Shown here piece by piece: positions 37,156 through 47,974 of a DNA stretch of 59,953 nt. The stretch is from the sequence record DRR723986_5249; one strand, 5' to 3'. The notes beneath the pieces are model-generated. The model was not told the DNA's origin. It saw only the letters and a list, made by a program, of their open reading frames with translations, and did no database searches. A program made the translations under genes and the position numbers. Each line of letters starts with the position of its first letter. The stretch's first letter is position 1.

Positions 37156-37774
37156 GGTGTTCCAAATCCCAAATCAGTCTCGGGTCAAAGCTGTTGGCGG
37201 CAAGCATGGTCAATACCACCGCACCAGCAAAGGCAGTGGCGGCGGGGCCGGTATCGACGGTGGCGATATTACCAAGGCTGACAACAGTAACCAGTATCGA
37301 AATCATGAATAGGTCCAGCATCGACCAGCGGCCGATAAGGTGCACAAAACGGTAGAGTGCGGTGCATTGCTGCTTGCTCAGCGAAAGGCGAAACTGCACC
37401 ACCATCATCAGTAATAGCAGTGCAACGATTTTAATAATTGGCACAACGATGCTGGCAATAAAGACAACGGCGGCGATCGCTCGCAGATCTGCCTGCCACA
37501 GGCGAATGATCCCCGACATAATGGTGTCGGGGACGCCCTGTCCTAGATTGACAACCGTCATAATGGTTAAGACATTCGCCGGTATCAGCAGCACGGCGGC
37601 GGCGAGGCACAGCGCCAGTGAACGCTGCAGACTGTGATGGCGGCGGAAGTAGAGGTGGGCATGACAGCGCGGGCAGCGTGCCAGGTGATGTTGGTCGCGC
37701 GCAGGCATGGCGCTGAGTAAGCCGCAATGCTGGCAGCGGGCGAGCCCGTGTTGCTTGGCCGTTGCTGCGTTCAT
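37142..37774 (-). CDS. PqiA/LetA-family membrane protein (C-terminal-half type)
   Basis: CQHC..CPRC zinc ribbon, IPAN, FIASIVVP, IGRWSMLDLF, FDPRLIWD. ATG 37774 overlaps the upstream stop. Confidence 0.9.
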   Translation of the reverse strand: MNAATAKQHGLARCQHCGLLSAMPARDQHHLARCPRCHAHLYFRRHHSLQRSLALCLAAAVLLIPANVLTIMTVVNLGQGVPDTIMSGIIRLWQADLRAIAAVVFIASIVVPIIKIVALLLLMMVVQFRLSLSKQQCTALYRFVHLIGRWSMLDLFMISILVTVVSLGNIATVDTGPAATAFAGAVVLTMLAANSFDPRLIWDLEHHDKH

Positions 37775-38385
37775 GTCTGCCTCCGCTGCCAAAACTGCCA
37801 GGCTTGCTCGGCATTAAAGCTCTGCGCGCAAAGGATAAGGCTGATCATTAAACCGGCCAGGCAGTAGCTTCCGCTGAGAATGTGTATCTCACCGTCGTCC
37901 ATCATCTTCACGTAGGCCACTAAAATTCCGATCGCATAGACCTCCAACATGCTCCACTCCTGCATAAAGTTGCCGAGCTTGATGCTTCGAGAAAAGCTTG
38001 GCGGGCAGTAGTTAAGTTGCTGGCAAAGGGCGATAAAGGTATTGAGGAGTAAATGCATTAGCGGCGCTAACAGCGAACAGAGTAATACAATCAGAGATAG
38101 CAGTTTGAAGTCCTGTTGCCACAGTCTGAGTACGCCTTCTGCAAGGGTATTGCTGCCGGTTTGCCCGGCCAGGGTAAATTGTAAAAGTGGCAGGCAGGTG
38201 GCGGGAATGAATAAAATCAAGCCACACAAACCGGCGGCCAAACTGAGCTGTGGCAGGCGTGGCAGCGCTTCAGCTAAGACCGCATTGCAGCGCGTGCAGT
38301 GGGCGCGCTTTTTACTTTCGAGCCGTGGCAGCGTTTGCAACAAATCGCAGTCGGGGCAGGCGTGAAGGTGGGGTTGTTGCGTCAT
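37771..38385 (-). CDS. PqiA/LetA-family membrane protein (N-terminal-half type)
   Basis: ACPDCDLL..CTRC, EWSMLEVYAIGILVAYVKM. Confidence 0.88.
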   Translation of the reverse strand: MTQQPHLHACPDCDLLQTLPRLESKKRAHCTRCNAVLAEALPRLPQLSLAAGLCGLILFIPATCLPLLQFTLAGQTGSNTLAEGVLRLWQQDFKLLSLIVLLCSLLAPLMHLLLNTFIALCQQLNYCPPSFSRSIKLGNFMQEWSMLEVYAIGILVAYVKMMDDGEIHILSGSYCLAGLMISLILCAQSFNAEQAWQFWQRRQT

Positions 38386-38395
38386 TGTTTGGCGT

Positions 38396-39883
38396 TTACT
38401 GCAGTGGCGCGAATAAGTAGGCGCAGCGGCTAGCCAGGCGGCGGATCAGCGACCAGCTGGCAACCTCTCTTGGCAGCAGCTGTCGACACTGCTTGAAGTC
38501 ATTTTCGAGCATGTGAGTGAGTTCCCCCGCAAAACCCTGATCATAGACCAGTGCACTTATTTCAAAGTTCAGCCGGAAGGAGCGGTTATCCAGGTTTGCC
38601 GTTCCCACGACGGAAATCTCATCATCCACCAGCATGACTTTTTGATGCAAGAAGCCACATTGGTAGTAATAAAACTGCACGCCGTGGGGCAAGGTTTCTC
38701 GAATTGCTGAGAAAGACGACAATTTGATGATCAGTTTGTCGGGCTGCTCGGGAAGCATAATGCGTACATCCACGCCGCGCATCGCGGCCAATTGCAAGGC
38801 GTGAATAATGGGGGTGTCGGGAACAAAGTAGGGGCTGACGATCCACAGGCGCTCTCGGGCTTGGTGAATGAGCGTTTCAAAAAACAATGCGCAGCTTTCA
38901 ATACTGTCGGCGGGGCCGGTGCCAATAATCAGCATTTGTTGGTCGCTATGGTCACCGGGTGCGGCCTCACAGGGTGTAGGTGTCCAGTTCAGAGGTGGTA
39001 GTGACTCCTGTGCCCAGTACCAGTCTTCGACAAAACTCAATTGTACGGCTTGCACCGCTGGCCCTGTTATTGCCAGGCCGGTATCGCGCCAAGGTGTAAG
39101 GACGGGGTGTTGATGACGGTATTCATCGCCAATGTTCATACCGCTAATGGCGGCGTAGTTACCATCGCAAACGACAATTTTTCGGTGGTTGCGAAAGTTC
39201 AACTGTAGGCGATTGCCTGCGCCCTTGGTGCTATTGAAGGGGACAATTTGTACGCCGGCAGCGCGAAGTCTCTGCACATATTGGCGCGGCAATTTTAGAC
39301 TGCCGATTTCGTCGTAAATAAAGTAAACCGACACGCCTTCTTCGGCTTTTTTTACCAGTATCTCTGCCAGTTCATTACCGATACGGTCGTTGCGCAGAAT
39401 GTAGAACTCAAGCAGTACATAGTGTTTGGCAGCGCGGATATGCGCAAACATATCCGCGAAGGCCTGTTCACCATCAATCAACAGGCGAGCGTGATTACCA
39501 CGAGTGAATGGCAGGGTGCTGAGGCGGTTGAGACCGAGCAGCCGCGAGTCTTGGCGGCTCGGATAGGTCTCGATATTTGAGAGCTGCGGCGCAAGCTCGC
39601 GGATCAAGTCTTCGATCGCTCGTGTATCGCCGCGTTTGGCGATCGCGTAGCCGCGAAATTTGCGCCGGCCGAATATCCAGTAGAGCGGCACAAAGAGCGG
39701 GGGGAGAACAATTAGCACAATGGCCCATGCCACCGCACCCTGAGCGGTGCGGGTTTTAAGAATGGCTTCCAGAGCCGAGAGTATACCGAGCAGCGCAATA
39801 AACGCAGCCACAGCGGCCGCCAGCCCTGACTGGTTCGCCACTACCCAGGCTGTGCTGCTCGAAAAAAAGTCACTGATTCCCAT
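38396..39883 (-). CDS. cls: Cardiolipin synthase
   Basis: Two PLD HKD motifs (RNHRKIVVCD, LHQKVMLVDD), SPYFVP, NLDNRSFRLNFE, two N-terminal TMs. Confidence 0.93.
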   Translation of the reverse strand: MGISDFFSSSTAWVVANQSGLAAAVAAFIALLGILSALEAILKTRTAQGAVAWAIVLIVLPPLFVPLYWIFGRRKFRGYAIAKRGDTRAIEDLIRELAPQLSNIETYPSRQDSRLLGLNRLSTLPFTRGNHARLLIDGEQAFADMFAHIRAAKHYVLLEFYILRNDRIGNELAEILVKKAEEGVSVYFIYDEIGSLKLPRQYVQRLRAAGVQIVPFNSTKGAGNRLQLNFRNHRKIVVCDGNYAAISGMNIGDEYRHQHPVLTPWRDTGLAITGPAVQAVQLSFVEDWYWAQESLPPLNWTPTPCEAAPGDHSDQQMLIIGTGPADSIESCALFFETLIHQARERLWIVSPYFVPDTPIIHALQLAAMRGVDVRIMLPEQPDKLIIKLSSFSAIRETLPHGVQFYYYQCGFLHQKVMLVDDEISVVGTANLDNRSFRLNFEISALVYDQGFAGELTHMLENDFKQCRQLLPREVASWSLIRRLASRCAYLFAPLQ

Positions 39884-40027
39884 GTGCCCTCATGCAAGTA
39901 GTCGCGACGCCGTGGCCTTCACCCGCATAGACGATGCCGAGTGTTGCGTAGCCGATGGTAAAGTGATTGCCATGAGAATACGACTGTGCGTGTTGCTTTC
40001 ACAGTTTTGCAGAATGGGAATGTCATT

Positions 40028-40486
40028 ATGAGTAGAGTTTTTGCCACACCCTCGGCCCTGTTGGACGCAGTGGGTGAACATTTGGGGGCCAGTGAATGGC
40101 TGGAGGTTGACCAGCAGCGTATCAACCTTTTTGCCGATGCCACCGGCGATCATCAGTGGATTCACACTGACCCAGAGCGCGCGAAGGATGGGCCTTTTGG
40201 CAAGTGTATTGCCCATGGCTATTTGACCTTGTCACTGGTGAATTTATTCCTGCCACAAATTATCGATGTGCAGGGCATTTCAATGGGCGTGAATGTCGGC
40301 TGCGAGCGTATTCGTTTCCCGGCGCCGGTGCCGGTTGGCTCGCGAGTGCGCGGGGTTGGCGAGTTGCTCTCTGCAGAAGAGTTGAAGGGCGGCGTACAAT
40401 CGGTGGTACGGGTGACCATTGAGATTGAGGGCGGCGATCGCCCAGCCTGTGTGGTAGACACCATTAGCCGCTATTTCCCAGAGTAA
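40028..40486 (+). CDS. MaoC-family dehydratase
   Basis: FADATGDHQWIHTDPERA, IAHGYLTLSL, RFPAPVPVG. Start ATG 40028. Confidence 0.9.
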   Translation: MSRVFATPSALLDAVGEHLGASEWLEVDQQRINLFADATGDHQWIHTDPERAKDGPFGKCIAHGYLTLSLVNLFLPQIIDVQGISMGVNVGCERIRFPAPVPVGSRVRGVGELLSAEELKGGVQSVVRVTIEIEGGDRPACVVDTISRYFPE

Positions 40487-40642
40487 TTGCTCGTCTGCGG
40501 GGATCAGCAAAGTGAATATTAACGGCGGCCGTTAAAAACCTTTGATATAAGGAAGTGATAGGTCGGTCAGGGCCGCCGTGGTATAACAAAAGTGTTGCTA
40601 TAAAGCGATACGAGATAGTCCCTATCCGCATGGAGGTTGTCA

Positions 40643-40924
40643 ATGGATTTGACCCACGGCGATGTGCTTGACGGCGGTAAAGAGCTGCTGAGTAATGTGC
40701 CCATGTATATTTCGGCCGACGACGGCTATGCACAGTGGGGCGGCTGCTTGCACCTCAAGCGCCAGAATGGCGATTTGCTGCGCTCTGGGGAGTATCGAAT
40801 TCGTTTGCGCGATGGTCGGCTCGGCAATATTGTCGTTCGTAAAGTGATCTCTACCAACGGTGCCCATCACCTGGAGGTGCTCTTTGAAGGGCGCGGCGAG
40901 CTAGCGCAACGGCGCGCAGGGTAA
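40643..40924 (+). CDS. Hypothetical protein
   Basis: GGAGG RBS before ATG 40643. 93 aa, beta-rich appearance, no family recognised. Confidence 0.6.
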   Translation: MDLTHGDVLDGGKELLSNVPMYISADDGYAQWGGCLHLKRQNGDLLRSGEYRIRLRDGRLGNIVVRKVISTNGAHHLEVLFEGRGELAQRRAG

Positions 40925-41178
40925 GCGCTTCGGTTTCTGAGTGGTCATCGCACTGCCATCGGATGCGTGTCCCCCCTTTTTTCATTTCTCAGCGCGCTGT
41001 TGGCGCCTTTCTTGTTATTTGTCCTATCACTCTTCGGCAGAATCCCCTATTTTGTGGGCATCGTATGCAATGTGTGTGGCTAAATGCGGCCAGTTTTCTT
41101 GCGGTGTTTGGCGTGTATGGGCGGCGATGGGCGAGGTCGGTATTGGATGTTGCCTGGCCCAGGGTTTGGAGAGTGTTA

Positions 41179-41469
41179 ATGAAGGCGATGTCCGTAGTGG
41201 TGGCAAAATGCATCGGGGTGTTGGGTCTGGCCAGCGCGGCCCTGGTAATTGTGCACCCGATGAGTTTTGCGGGGCTTGAGTATTCCTGGAAAGGCGCCTC
41301 TTTGCTGCTGGCCCTGCAGGTTTTGTTGTCATGTCTGCTATTGTATGCCGCCGAGCAGCGCCGTCAGGGCAGCGAGATAGCAGAGAAGGCCTTTCCTGCA
41401 GCAGTTATGGCGGTGGTGCTTTGGGTTTGTATGTTTGCTTACTGGTTACAGCAAGCCGTTATAAACTAA
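41179..41469 (+). CDS. Hypothetical membrane protein (about 3 TM)
   Basis: GGAG RBS before ATG 41179. Three hydrophobic stretches; ends just before the thioesterase RBS. Confidence 0.6.
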   Translation: MKAMSVVVAKCIGVLGLASAALVIVHPMSFAGLEYSWKGASLLLALQVLLSCLLLYAAEQRRQGSEIAEKAFPAAVMAVVLWVCMFAYWLQQAVIN

Positions 41470-41479
41470 GGAGTCATGA

Positions 41480-41875
41480 ATGCTGCGCTGCGAATTATTG
41501 CCTCGCTTCTACGAAACCGATGGCCTGGGGCATATCAACAACACTGTCGTGCCCAAGTGGTTTGAAACGGCGCGCACGCCGATATTTAAGATCTTTAATC
41601 CCGAGCTCAGCCTTGATCAATGGAACCTGATTCTGCGCAAGATTGACGTGGAATTTATTGCGCAAACCTACCACGAGTATCCGGTAGAGGTACGCAGCTG
41701 GGTCAGTCATGTTGGCAACACCTCATTCACCGTGAGCCACGAGCTATGGCAGCGCGGTGAAATGACAGCAAGTGGCACGGCAGTGCTCGTGTACTTTGAC
41801 TATAACGCCCAGCAGAAGGGTGTTATTCCTGAGCATTGCCGCAGCGCGCTTAAGGAGATAGTAAAAGACGATTGA
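41480..41875 (+). CDS. Acyl-CoA thioesterase (4HBT/YbgC family)
   Basis: PRFYETDGLGHINN...WFE.AR hot-dog motif; AAGGAG RBS. Confidence 0.88.
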   Translation: MLRCELLPRFYETDGLGHINNTVVPKWFETARTPIFKIFNPELSLDQWNLILRKIDVEFIAQTYHEYPVEVRSWVSHVGNTSFTVSHELWQRGEMTASGTAVLVYFDYNAQQKGVIPEHCRSALKEIVKDD

Positions 41876-42039
41876 GCCGTAGTGGGCAGGGGCTGCGCAT
41901 AAATACCGCAATGAGCATCGATTAGCTCGGGCATTTATTGGTGCTAACGCGTATAATTTGCGCCCCCCGCCGGTACTGTGTTCGTCTGACGCCGAATTTA
42001 ACCGAGCGTCACCCTCGACCACCAGATCAGGTCCACATT

Positions 42040-43857
42040 ATGAGCAACACTGTAACCGCAGACGCGGAGCTTCCCTTATTTACTGAACTTGGCCTGCTGC
42101 CTGCCGTGGAAACGGCAGTTTCGGAGCTGGGCTACGAGCGCCCCTCGGCGATTCAGGCGGCGACCATTCCGCTGTTGCTGGAAGGGCGCGACGTCCTGGG
42201 GCAGGCGCAAACCGGCACGGGAAAAACCGCGGCGTTTTCACTACCCATGCTGTCGATGCTGGATGTGAAGAGCAAATCTACACAAGCGCTGATTTTGGCG
42301 CCGACGCGTGAATTGGCCATTCAGGTTGCCGAGGCAATCCAAAGCTATGCCAAGCATTTGAAAGGCTTGCGCGTGCTGTCGATCTACGGTGGTCAAGGCT
42401 ATCGGGAACAACTCGATGCATTGAAACGCGGCGTGCAAGTTGTTGTCGGAACGCCTGGCCGGGTGATGGATCATATCCGTCGCGGCACGCTCAAGCTGGA
42501 TGGTTTGACCCACCTCGTGCTCGATGAAGCCGACGAAATGCTACGTATGGGCTTCATTGACGACGTCGAATGGATCATGTCGCAAACGCCTGAAAGCCGG
42601 CAGATAGCCCTGTTCTCGGCGACAATGCCCGCCGCTGTTCGACGCATTGCCAATACCTACCTGAATGACCCCGAACAAGTAACGATTAAAACTGCCACAA
42701 GCACCGCGGTCAGCATTCGTCAGCGCTATTGGTTGGCGCGTGGTGCGAGCAAGTTTGATGCCCTGTGCCGCGTCTTGGAAGCAGAAGACTTCGACGGCAT
42801 TATTATTTTCGTGCGCACCAAACTGGCCACCACTGAGTTGGCAGAGAAGCTCCAGGGCCGCGGTTATGCGGCGGCAGAATTGCACGGCGATATCGCCCAG
42901 GCGCAGCGTGAGCGCACCGTTGAAATGCTCAAGGGTTCGCGCTTGGATATTTTGGTTGCGACCGACGTGGTTGCGCGGGGCTTGGATGTCGATCGCATCA
43001 GCCACGTGATTAACTACGACATTCCCTACGACACCGAAGCGTATGTGCATCGCATTGGCCGTACTGGTCGGGCGGGGCGTAGCGGCGATGCTATTTTGTT
43101 TGTTGCACCGCGCGAGCGCCGGATGCTGCAATCAATCGAGCGTGCCACACGTCAGCGTATCGAAGAAATGGGCCTGCCCGGTGCCGCCGAAATTAATGCC
43201 CTGCGTATACAGCGTTTTCAGGCAAAATTGTTAGCGACACTCGAAGCGGGGCGGGACAAAGACCTGTATCGCGAGATGCTTCAGGGTTTTTGTGAAGAGC
43301 ACAGTGTCGACCCCCTGGATGTTGCGGCGGCACTGGCCCGCTTGGCTCAGGGCGATAAAGACCTGCTGCTTAAAGGCGACCCGAAACCCAGTAAAGCACT
43401 GGCGGATAAACCCGCCCGTGGCAAGGCCACGCGCACTGAGCGCCGCGGCCCTCGCGGTGCCGGACCAGAGTCGGGGATGGAGCGTTTCCGCATAGAAGTG
43501 GGCCGCAAGCACGGCGTTGGTGTGGGCAACATTGTTGGCGCAATCGCGAACGAAGCGGGTATCGATAGTGATTATATTGGCCGTATCCAGCTCTTCGACA
43601 ACTTCAGCACCGTCGACCTACCTGCGGAAATGCCGGACGATGTGTTGAGCTCATTGCAGTCTCCTCGCGTAGCGGGGCAGCCAATGACCATGTCTCGATT
43701 CAGCGGAGAGCTGCCGGATACCCCTGTGCGCAAGCACCGCAAGGGGCCTTCTCCGTCGGGCAAAAAACCGCGCAAAGCCGACAAGTCTGGCGCCAAGGCG
43801 AAAACCTCGGGAAAGGCGCCTAGCAAACGGCCGATCAAACTCCGCAATAAAGACTAG
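42040..43857 (+). CDS. deaD: DEAD-box RNA helicase DeaD/CsdA
   Basis: AQTGTGKT, PTRELA, TPGR, DEAD, SAT, HRIGRTGRAG, C-terminal DbpA-type domain (IVGAIANEAG) and a basic tail. Start ATG 42040. Confidence 0.93.
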   Translation: MSNTVTADAELPLFTELGLLPAVETAVSELGYERPSAIQAATIPLLLEGRDVLGQAQTGTGKTAAFSLPMLSMLDVKSKSTQALILAPTRELAIQVAEAIQSYAKHLKGLRVLSIYGGQGYREQLDALKRGVQVVVGTPGRVMDHIRRGTLKLDGLTHLVLDEADEMLRMGFIDDVEWIMSQTPESRQIALFSATMPAAVRRIANTYLNDPEQVTIKTATSTAVSIRQRYWLARGASKFDALCRVLEAEDFDGIIIFVRTKLATTELAEKLQGRGYAAAELHGDIAQAQRERTVEMLKGSRLDILVATDVVARGLDVDRISHVINYDIPYDTEAYVHRIGRTGRAGRSGDAILFVAPRERRMLQSIERATRQRIEEMGLPGAAEINALRIQRFQAKLLATLEAGRDKDLYREMLQGFCEEHSVDPLDVAAALARLAQGDKDLLLKGDPKPSKALADKPARGKATRTERRGPRGAGPESGMERFRIEVGRKHGVGVGNIVGAIANEAGIDSDYIGRIQLFDNFSTVDLPAEMPDDVLSSLQSPRVAGQPMTMSRFSGELPDTPVRKHRKGPSPSGKKPRKADKSGAKAKTSGKAPSKRPIKLRNKD

Positions 43858-43919
43858 GGGCTAGGCCCTGCCGCCCGGCTCACGTACACTCTCCGCGAGT
43901 TTTTTTGAGAGGGTGTGCT

Positions 43920-45041
43920 GTGAGCGCGCGGATTTTTCTGCACTTTCTTCTGTTGGGCTGCGTCAGCTTTGGTGGGCCTACGGCGCATATCGCCTACTTC
44001 CGCAAAGTATTTGTTGAGCAGCGCCAGTGGCTCAGTGATGAAGACTTCGCCCGCCAGTTGGCGCTGTGTCAATTTCTACCGGGGCCGGCATCGAGCCAGC
44101 TCGGCTTTGCCATAGCCCTTCAGCGCGGTGGCATTCCCGCGGCTTTCGCCGCTTTCATCGGCTTTACACTGCCATCGTTTCTATTGATGTACGGCCTTGC
44201 TGTGTTCAGCTTAGCGCAGACACCGGTGTGGATGCAGAGCCTTGTGGCAGGGATGAAGTTATTAGCACTGGTGGTGGTCGCTGATGCGCTAATCAATATG
44301 GCCAGACAATTTTGTTCAGGGCCCTGGCTTTGGGCCACCGCATCGCTAAGTGCGCTGGCGCTGCTGTTTATGATGCACCCTGCCTTGCAGTTGTCGCTAA
44401 TGCTTGGCGCGGCGCTGGTGGCCTATTTTCGATCGCCGAAGGTTGAGTGCGATCCACTACCCTCGGCGCGGCCGGCGCGCATTCCCTTGCTGTTATTTGT
44501 TGTCTTGTTGGCCGTGGCAGCGCTGATTCCCGACGCCGTGTTCAGCGAATTCTATCTCGTTGGTAGCATGGTCTTTGGTGGCGGTCACGTCGCGCTTCCG
44601 CTGCTCAATGCCTTTGTGGGTGACGCGTTGAGTAGCGAGCAGTTTATTTTGGGGTATGCGGCGGCGCAGGCCGTTCCGGGCCCGATGTTTTCTATGTCGG
44701 CATACCTGGGGGCGATGCTGAGCCCAGCGCAACCGCTCGTTGGTGCATTGGCTGCCTGTACGGCAATTTTTTTGCCTGGTTTCCTGTTGGTGCTGGGTTT
44801 GTTGCGGGCCTGGCATACGCTGGCAGCACGGCCGCGGGTGCGCGCCGCTGTGGCCGGCGTCAATGCGGTGGCGGTGGGCATGTTGGCCGCGGCCTGGGTT
44901 GACCCCTTACTGTTAGAGTTGCCCCGAGAGGCGGCCAGCATTGGGATGGCGATTGCGCTGTTCGCAGCGCTGCGTAGCGGCAAAGTGCCATTGCTGGCGC
45001 TGATCGGGGTTGTGGTCGTCTACTCGCTGTTTTTTCTCTAA
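43920..45041 (+). CDS. chrA: Chromate efflux transporter (CHR family)
   Basis: SFGGPTAH, CQFLPGPASSQ, VFGGGHV, AQAVPGP. GTG start at 43920 inferred. Confidence 0.9.
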   Translation: MSARIFLHFLLLGCVSFGGPTAHIAYFRKVFVEQRQWLSDEDFARQLALCQFLPGPASSQLGFAIALQRGGIPAAFAAFIGFTLPSFLLMYGLAVFSLAQTPVWMQSLVAGMKLLALVVVADALINMARQFCSGPWLWATASLSALALLFMMHPALQLSLMLGAALVAYFRSPKVECDPLPSARPARIPLLLFVVLLAVAALIPDAVFSEFYLVGSMVFGGGHVALPLLNAFVGDALSSEQFILGYAAAQAVPGPMFSMSAYLGAMLSPAQPLVGALAACTAIFLPGFLLVLGLLRAWHTLAARPRVRAAVAGVNAVAVGMLAAAWVDPLLLELPREAASIGMAIALFAALRSGKVPLLALIGVVVVYSLFFL

Positions 45042-45068
45042 GCCCCCATTTCCAAGGAGCGTCCATTC

Positions 45069-45473
45069 ATGGCAAGTAAGGAAGCAATAAGTCAGTTCCT
45101 GCTACAGGAATTCCCCCAGTGCAGCGCAGTTATCGAAGACCTGAGCGACGGCCAAGCGGTGGTGCGGCAGGCGGTTGACCACAGCTCGTTGCGCCCGGGT
45201 GGCACGGTTTCCGGGCCAACATTGATGGCGCTGGCCGACCTCGCTGTCTATGTGGCGGTGTTGTCGCGTATCGGCATCGTGCCACTGGCCGTGACGACCA
45301 ACCTCAATATTCACTTCTTAAAGAAGCCCGCCGCCGGAAAAGACTTACTGGCGCACTGTCGGCTAATTAAATGCGGGCGCAGCATTGCGGTTGCCGACGT
45401 TGAAATTTTCTCTGAGGGTGACGAACACCCGGTGGCCTATGCATCGGCCAGCTACGCGATTCCCAAGGGCTAA
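45069..45473 (+). CDS. PaaI-family thioesterase
   Basis: [37 protein letters not shown]. Confidence 0.87.
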   Translation: MASKEAISQFLLQEFPQCSAVIEDLSDGQAVVRQAVDHSSLRPGGTVSGPTLMALADLAVYVAVLSRIGIVPLAVTTNLNIHFLKKPAAGKDLLAHCRLIKCGRSIAVADVEIFSEGDEHPVAYASASYAIPKG

Positions 45474-46459
45474 ACGCAGTCGGCGAGTGCGGTAGCCAGT
45501 ATTTCATAGCTGCGCACTCTGGCGTCGTGGCTGTGCATTTGGCAGCTGATAATCAGCTCGTCGACATTATTTTCCTCAATGAACTGCCGGGTCTGCTGGG
45601 CAATAGTCTGGGCATCGCCAATTGCGGAGCAATTCATCACTGACTGAATCAGCGCGCGCTCAGGGGCGGCGAGCTGATTCAGGTAGTTGGGTTTTGGTGG
45701 CGGCAATTGGCCGGGTGTACCGCGACGCAGGTTGACGAAGGCTTGCTGCATCGAGCTGGCAAGGTACTCTGCTTCAGACTGCTCCGGGGCGGCAAACACA
45801 TTGAAGCCCGCCATCGCGTAGGGCGCATCGAGGTACTTTGATGGAGTGAACTGCTGGCGGTACAGCGCAATAGCCTGTTGCAGTTGCCCAGGCGCAAAGT
45901 GTGAGGCAAAGGCGTAGGGCAGGCCGAGTTGTGCAGCGAGTTGCGCGCCGAAAAGCGAAGAGCCCAGAACCCACACAGGAATATCCAGCCCGACACCGGG
46001 AATGGCTCGCACCATTGCCTGGGGGTCGCCGTCGAAGTAATTAAGCAGCTCGACAACATCCTGCGGAAATTGCTCAACATCTGCATGTAAGTTGCGTCGC
46101 AGCGCACGAGCCGTGGCGGGGTCGGTGCCGGGCGCGCGGCCCACACCGAGGTCAATGCGCCCTGGATACAGTGATGCCAACGTGCCGAATTGCTCGGCGA
46201 TAATAAGCGGTGCGTGATTGGGTAGCATAATACCGCCCGCGCCTACCCGAATGCGCGAGGTGGCTGCCGCCACGTGCTGAATGACCAAGGCAGTGGCGGC
46301 GGAGGCGATACCGGGCATATTGTGATGCTCGGCGATCCAGTAGCGTTGATAGCCTAGGGATTCGCAGCGCTGGGCCAGTTCTGCGCTGCGCGCTAGTGTT
46401 TCACCGACATCGCTGCCTTGCGCGACAGGTGCCAGATCGAGTACGGAGAGCTTGGTCAC
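45470..46459 (-). CDS. LLM-class flavin-dependent oxidoreductase (luciferase-like, YhbW group)
   Basis: [46 protein letters not shown]. Confidence 0.9.
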   Translation of the reverse strand: MTKLSVLDLAPVAQGSDVGETLARSAELAQRCESLGYQRYWIAEHHNMPGIASAATALVIQHVAAATSRIRVGAGGIMLPNHAPLIIAEQFGTLASLYPGRIDLGVGRAPGTDPATARALRRNLHADVEQFPQDVVELLNYFDGDPQAMVRAIPGVGLDIPVWVLGSSLFGAQLAAQLGLPYAFASHFAPGQLQQAIALYRQQFTPSKYLDAPYAMAGFNVFAAPEQSEAEYLASSMQQAFVNLRRGTPGQLPPPKPNYLNQLAAPERALIQSVMNCSAIGDAQTIAQQTRQFIEENNVDELIISCQMHSHDARVRSYEILATALADCV

Positions 46460-47526
46460 AGTGCTTTGTTTTCCTCAGCGTTTTCATTACCACTTGCTGC
46501 CAGCGATTGCCCCGGGGCAGAGGGAAGGTCTTCACCGCGAAGCATTGCCCAGAACAGAGCGGTTTTTTCTCGACTATTTCGGTGCGCCTGATACTCAACG
46601 CCGCGTTGTGGCTCATCGGGGAAGAGTTGGATGCTCCACAGGGCATCGAGTTCGTGGGGTAGTATCGAGTAGCGAATATCGATGATCTTGCTTGGATTAC
46701 CGGGTTGCAGGGCGGTATAGCCCTTGGAAAACCAGTCGAAGCGCTTTACGTCATTCGCCTGACGCGAGACTGACGGCAGCCAGGGCAGGTCGCGCGGAAT
46801 ATTTAGCGCGGCAATCGAGTCGCCGGGGTAGATACGGATATCCCGGGCCACGCGCACGGCATCCACATAAAAGCGGTCGTGACTGCGGTACACCGTTTTC
46901 CACAGTATTAAGTTGGCGAAAGAGGGTTTGGCCTCCAGTGATTCGACCTCGTGGCCGCGACTCGCTGCCAGCCGATAGCCCTCGGCCTCTGCGCGTTCGC
47001 GCTGCACAACACCCAGCAATGGGTAGGTGAGTATCCAGGCCAGAGCAAGGCGCGCAGCCCAGCGGCGATTGCCCTTCCATGCCAGCGCGACCAGCGCGGC
47101 GATGGGCAGGGTGTATAGGGGGTCAATAATCGACAGGATATTCCACGCAATGCGGGTGTCGCTAAATGGCCAGAGTAGCTGCGTACCATAGGTCGTGCAG
47201 GCGTCGAGGAGCGCATGGGTGGCGTAGCCGGCACCACAGAATAGTGCGCTGCGGCCGAAGGACATTGGCCACCGGCGCCGGAAGAATAGCCTCAGCACTG
47301 CGGCGCAGAGTAGGGCGCCCACGGGAATGAAGACCAGCGAGTGGGTGAATTGGCGGTGAAACTCCAAAAACAGCAGCGAGTCGTGAGGAGAGCGAATCAG
47401 TACGTCTAGATCTGCCGCCATACCAGACAGGAAGCCCAGCGTAGCGGCGGCAACGGCATAGCGCCGCGGTGGCGATAGGTTTTGCGCGGCGCTGGCGCCA
47501 AGTAACCCTTGTGTGAGTGGATCCAT
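46456..47526 (-). CDS. Membrane-bound metal-dependent hydrolase (YdjM-like)
   Basis: [29 protein letters not shown]. Confidence 0.87.
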   Translation of the reverse strand: MDPLTQGLLGASAAQNLSPPRRYAVAAATLGFLSGMAADLDVLIRSPHDSLLFLEFHRQFTHSLVFIPVGALLCAAVLRLFFRRRWPMSFGRSALFCGAGYATHALLDACTTYGTQLLWPFSDTRIAWNILSIIDPLYTLPIAALVALAWKGNRRWAARLALAWILTYPLLGVVQRERAEAEGYRLAASRGHEVESLEAKPSFANLILWKTVYRSHDRFYVDAVRVARDIRIYPGDSIAALNIPRDLPWLPSVSRQANDVKRFDWFSKGYTALQPGNPSKIIDIRYSILPHELDALWSIQLFPDEPQRGVEYQAHRNSREKTALFWAMLRGEDLPSAPGQSLAASGNENAEENKAL

Positions 47527-47603
47527 ATCAGGCTCAGGGAAGCAAAGCCCTCAGTGTAACGCGATTTCCGCCAGTGTGGTCGCCAGTGAGTGAATTGTTA
47601 CAC

Positions 47604-47861
47604 CTAGTGCAGCGACGCGCTTTCCATATGGGTACCCAAGACCGTTGTCAGGCTATCTAGGTGACGCATAAGCTCAATGCCGGCGTCGGTGAGATAGCCG
47701 CCGTCTATGCGGCTGATGATGCCTTTGCTAAACAAGCGTTCGGTCGCGGCAATCAGCGCGGGGTCGGCATCGTGATGGACCTTGATGCCCTCCAGGCCCG
47801 AGGCGGGATTGAACTGGGAAAGCACACGAATTTCTTGCAAGATACTGTCCGACATTCTCAT
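47604..47861 (-). CDS. Small conserved protein (TIGR02647-like)
   Basis: EGIKVHHDA, RLFSKG, DGGYLTDAG. GGAG upstream of ATG 47861. Confidence 0.75.
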   Translation of the reverse strand: MRMSDSILQEIRVLSQFNPASGLEGIKVHHDADPALIAATERLFSKGIISRIDGGYLTDAGIELMRHLDSLTTVLGTHMESASLH

Positions 47862-47974
47862 GGGCGAAGGCTCCAAATTAACAAAAACTGGCAGGCCTGA
47901 ATCAATGTAGCCAGCATCGAGCAACTTTTCCATTGTTCGGCGTTCGGGCCGCGACACTAACTAGGATAACGATC

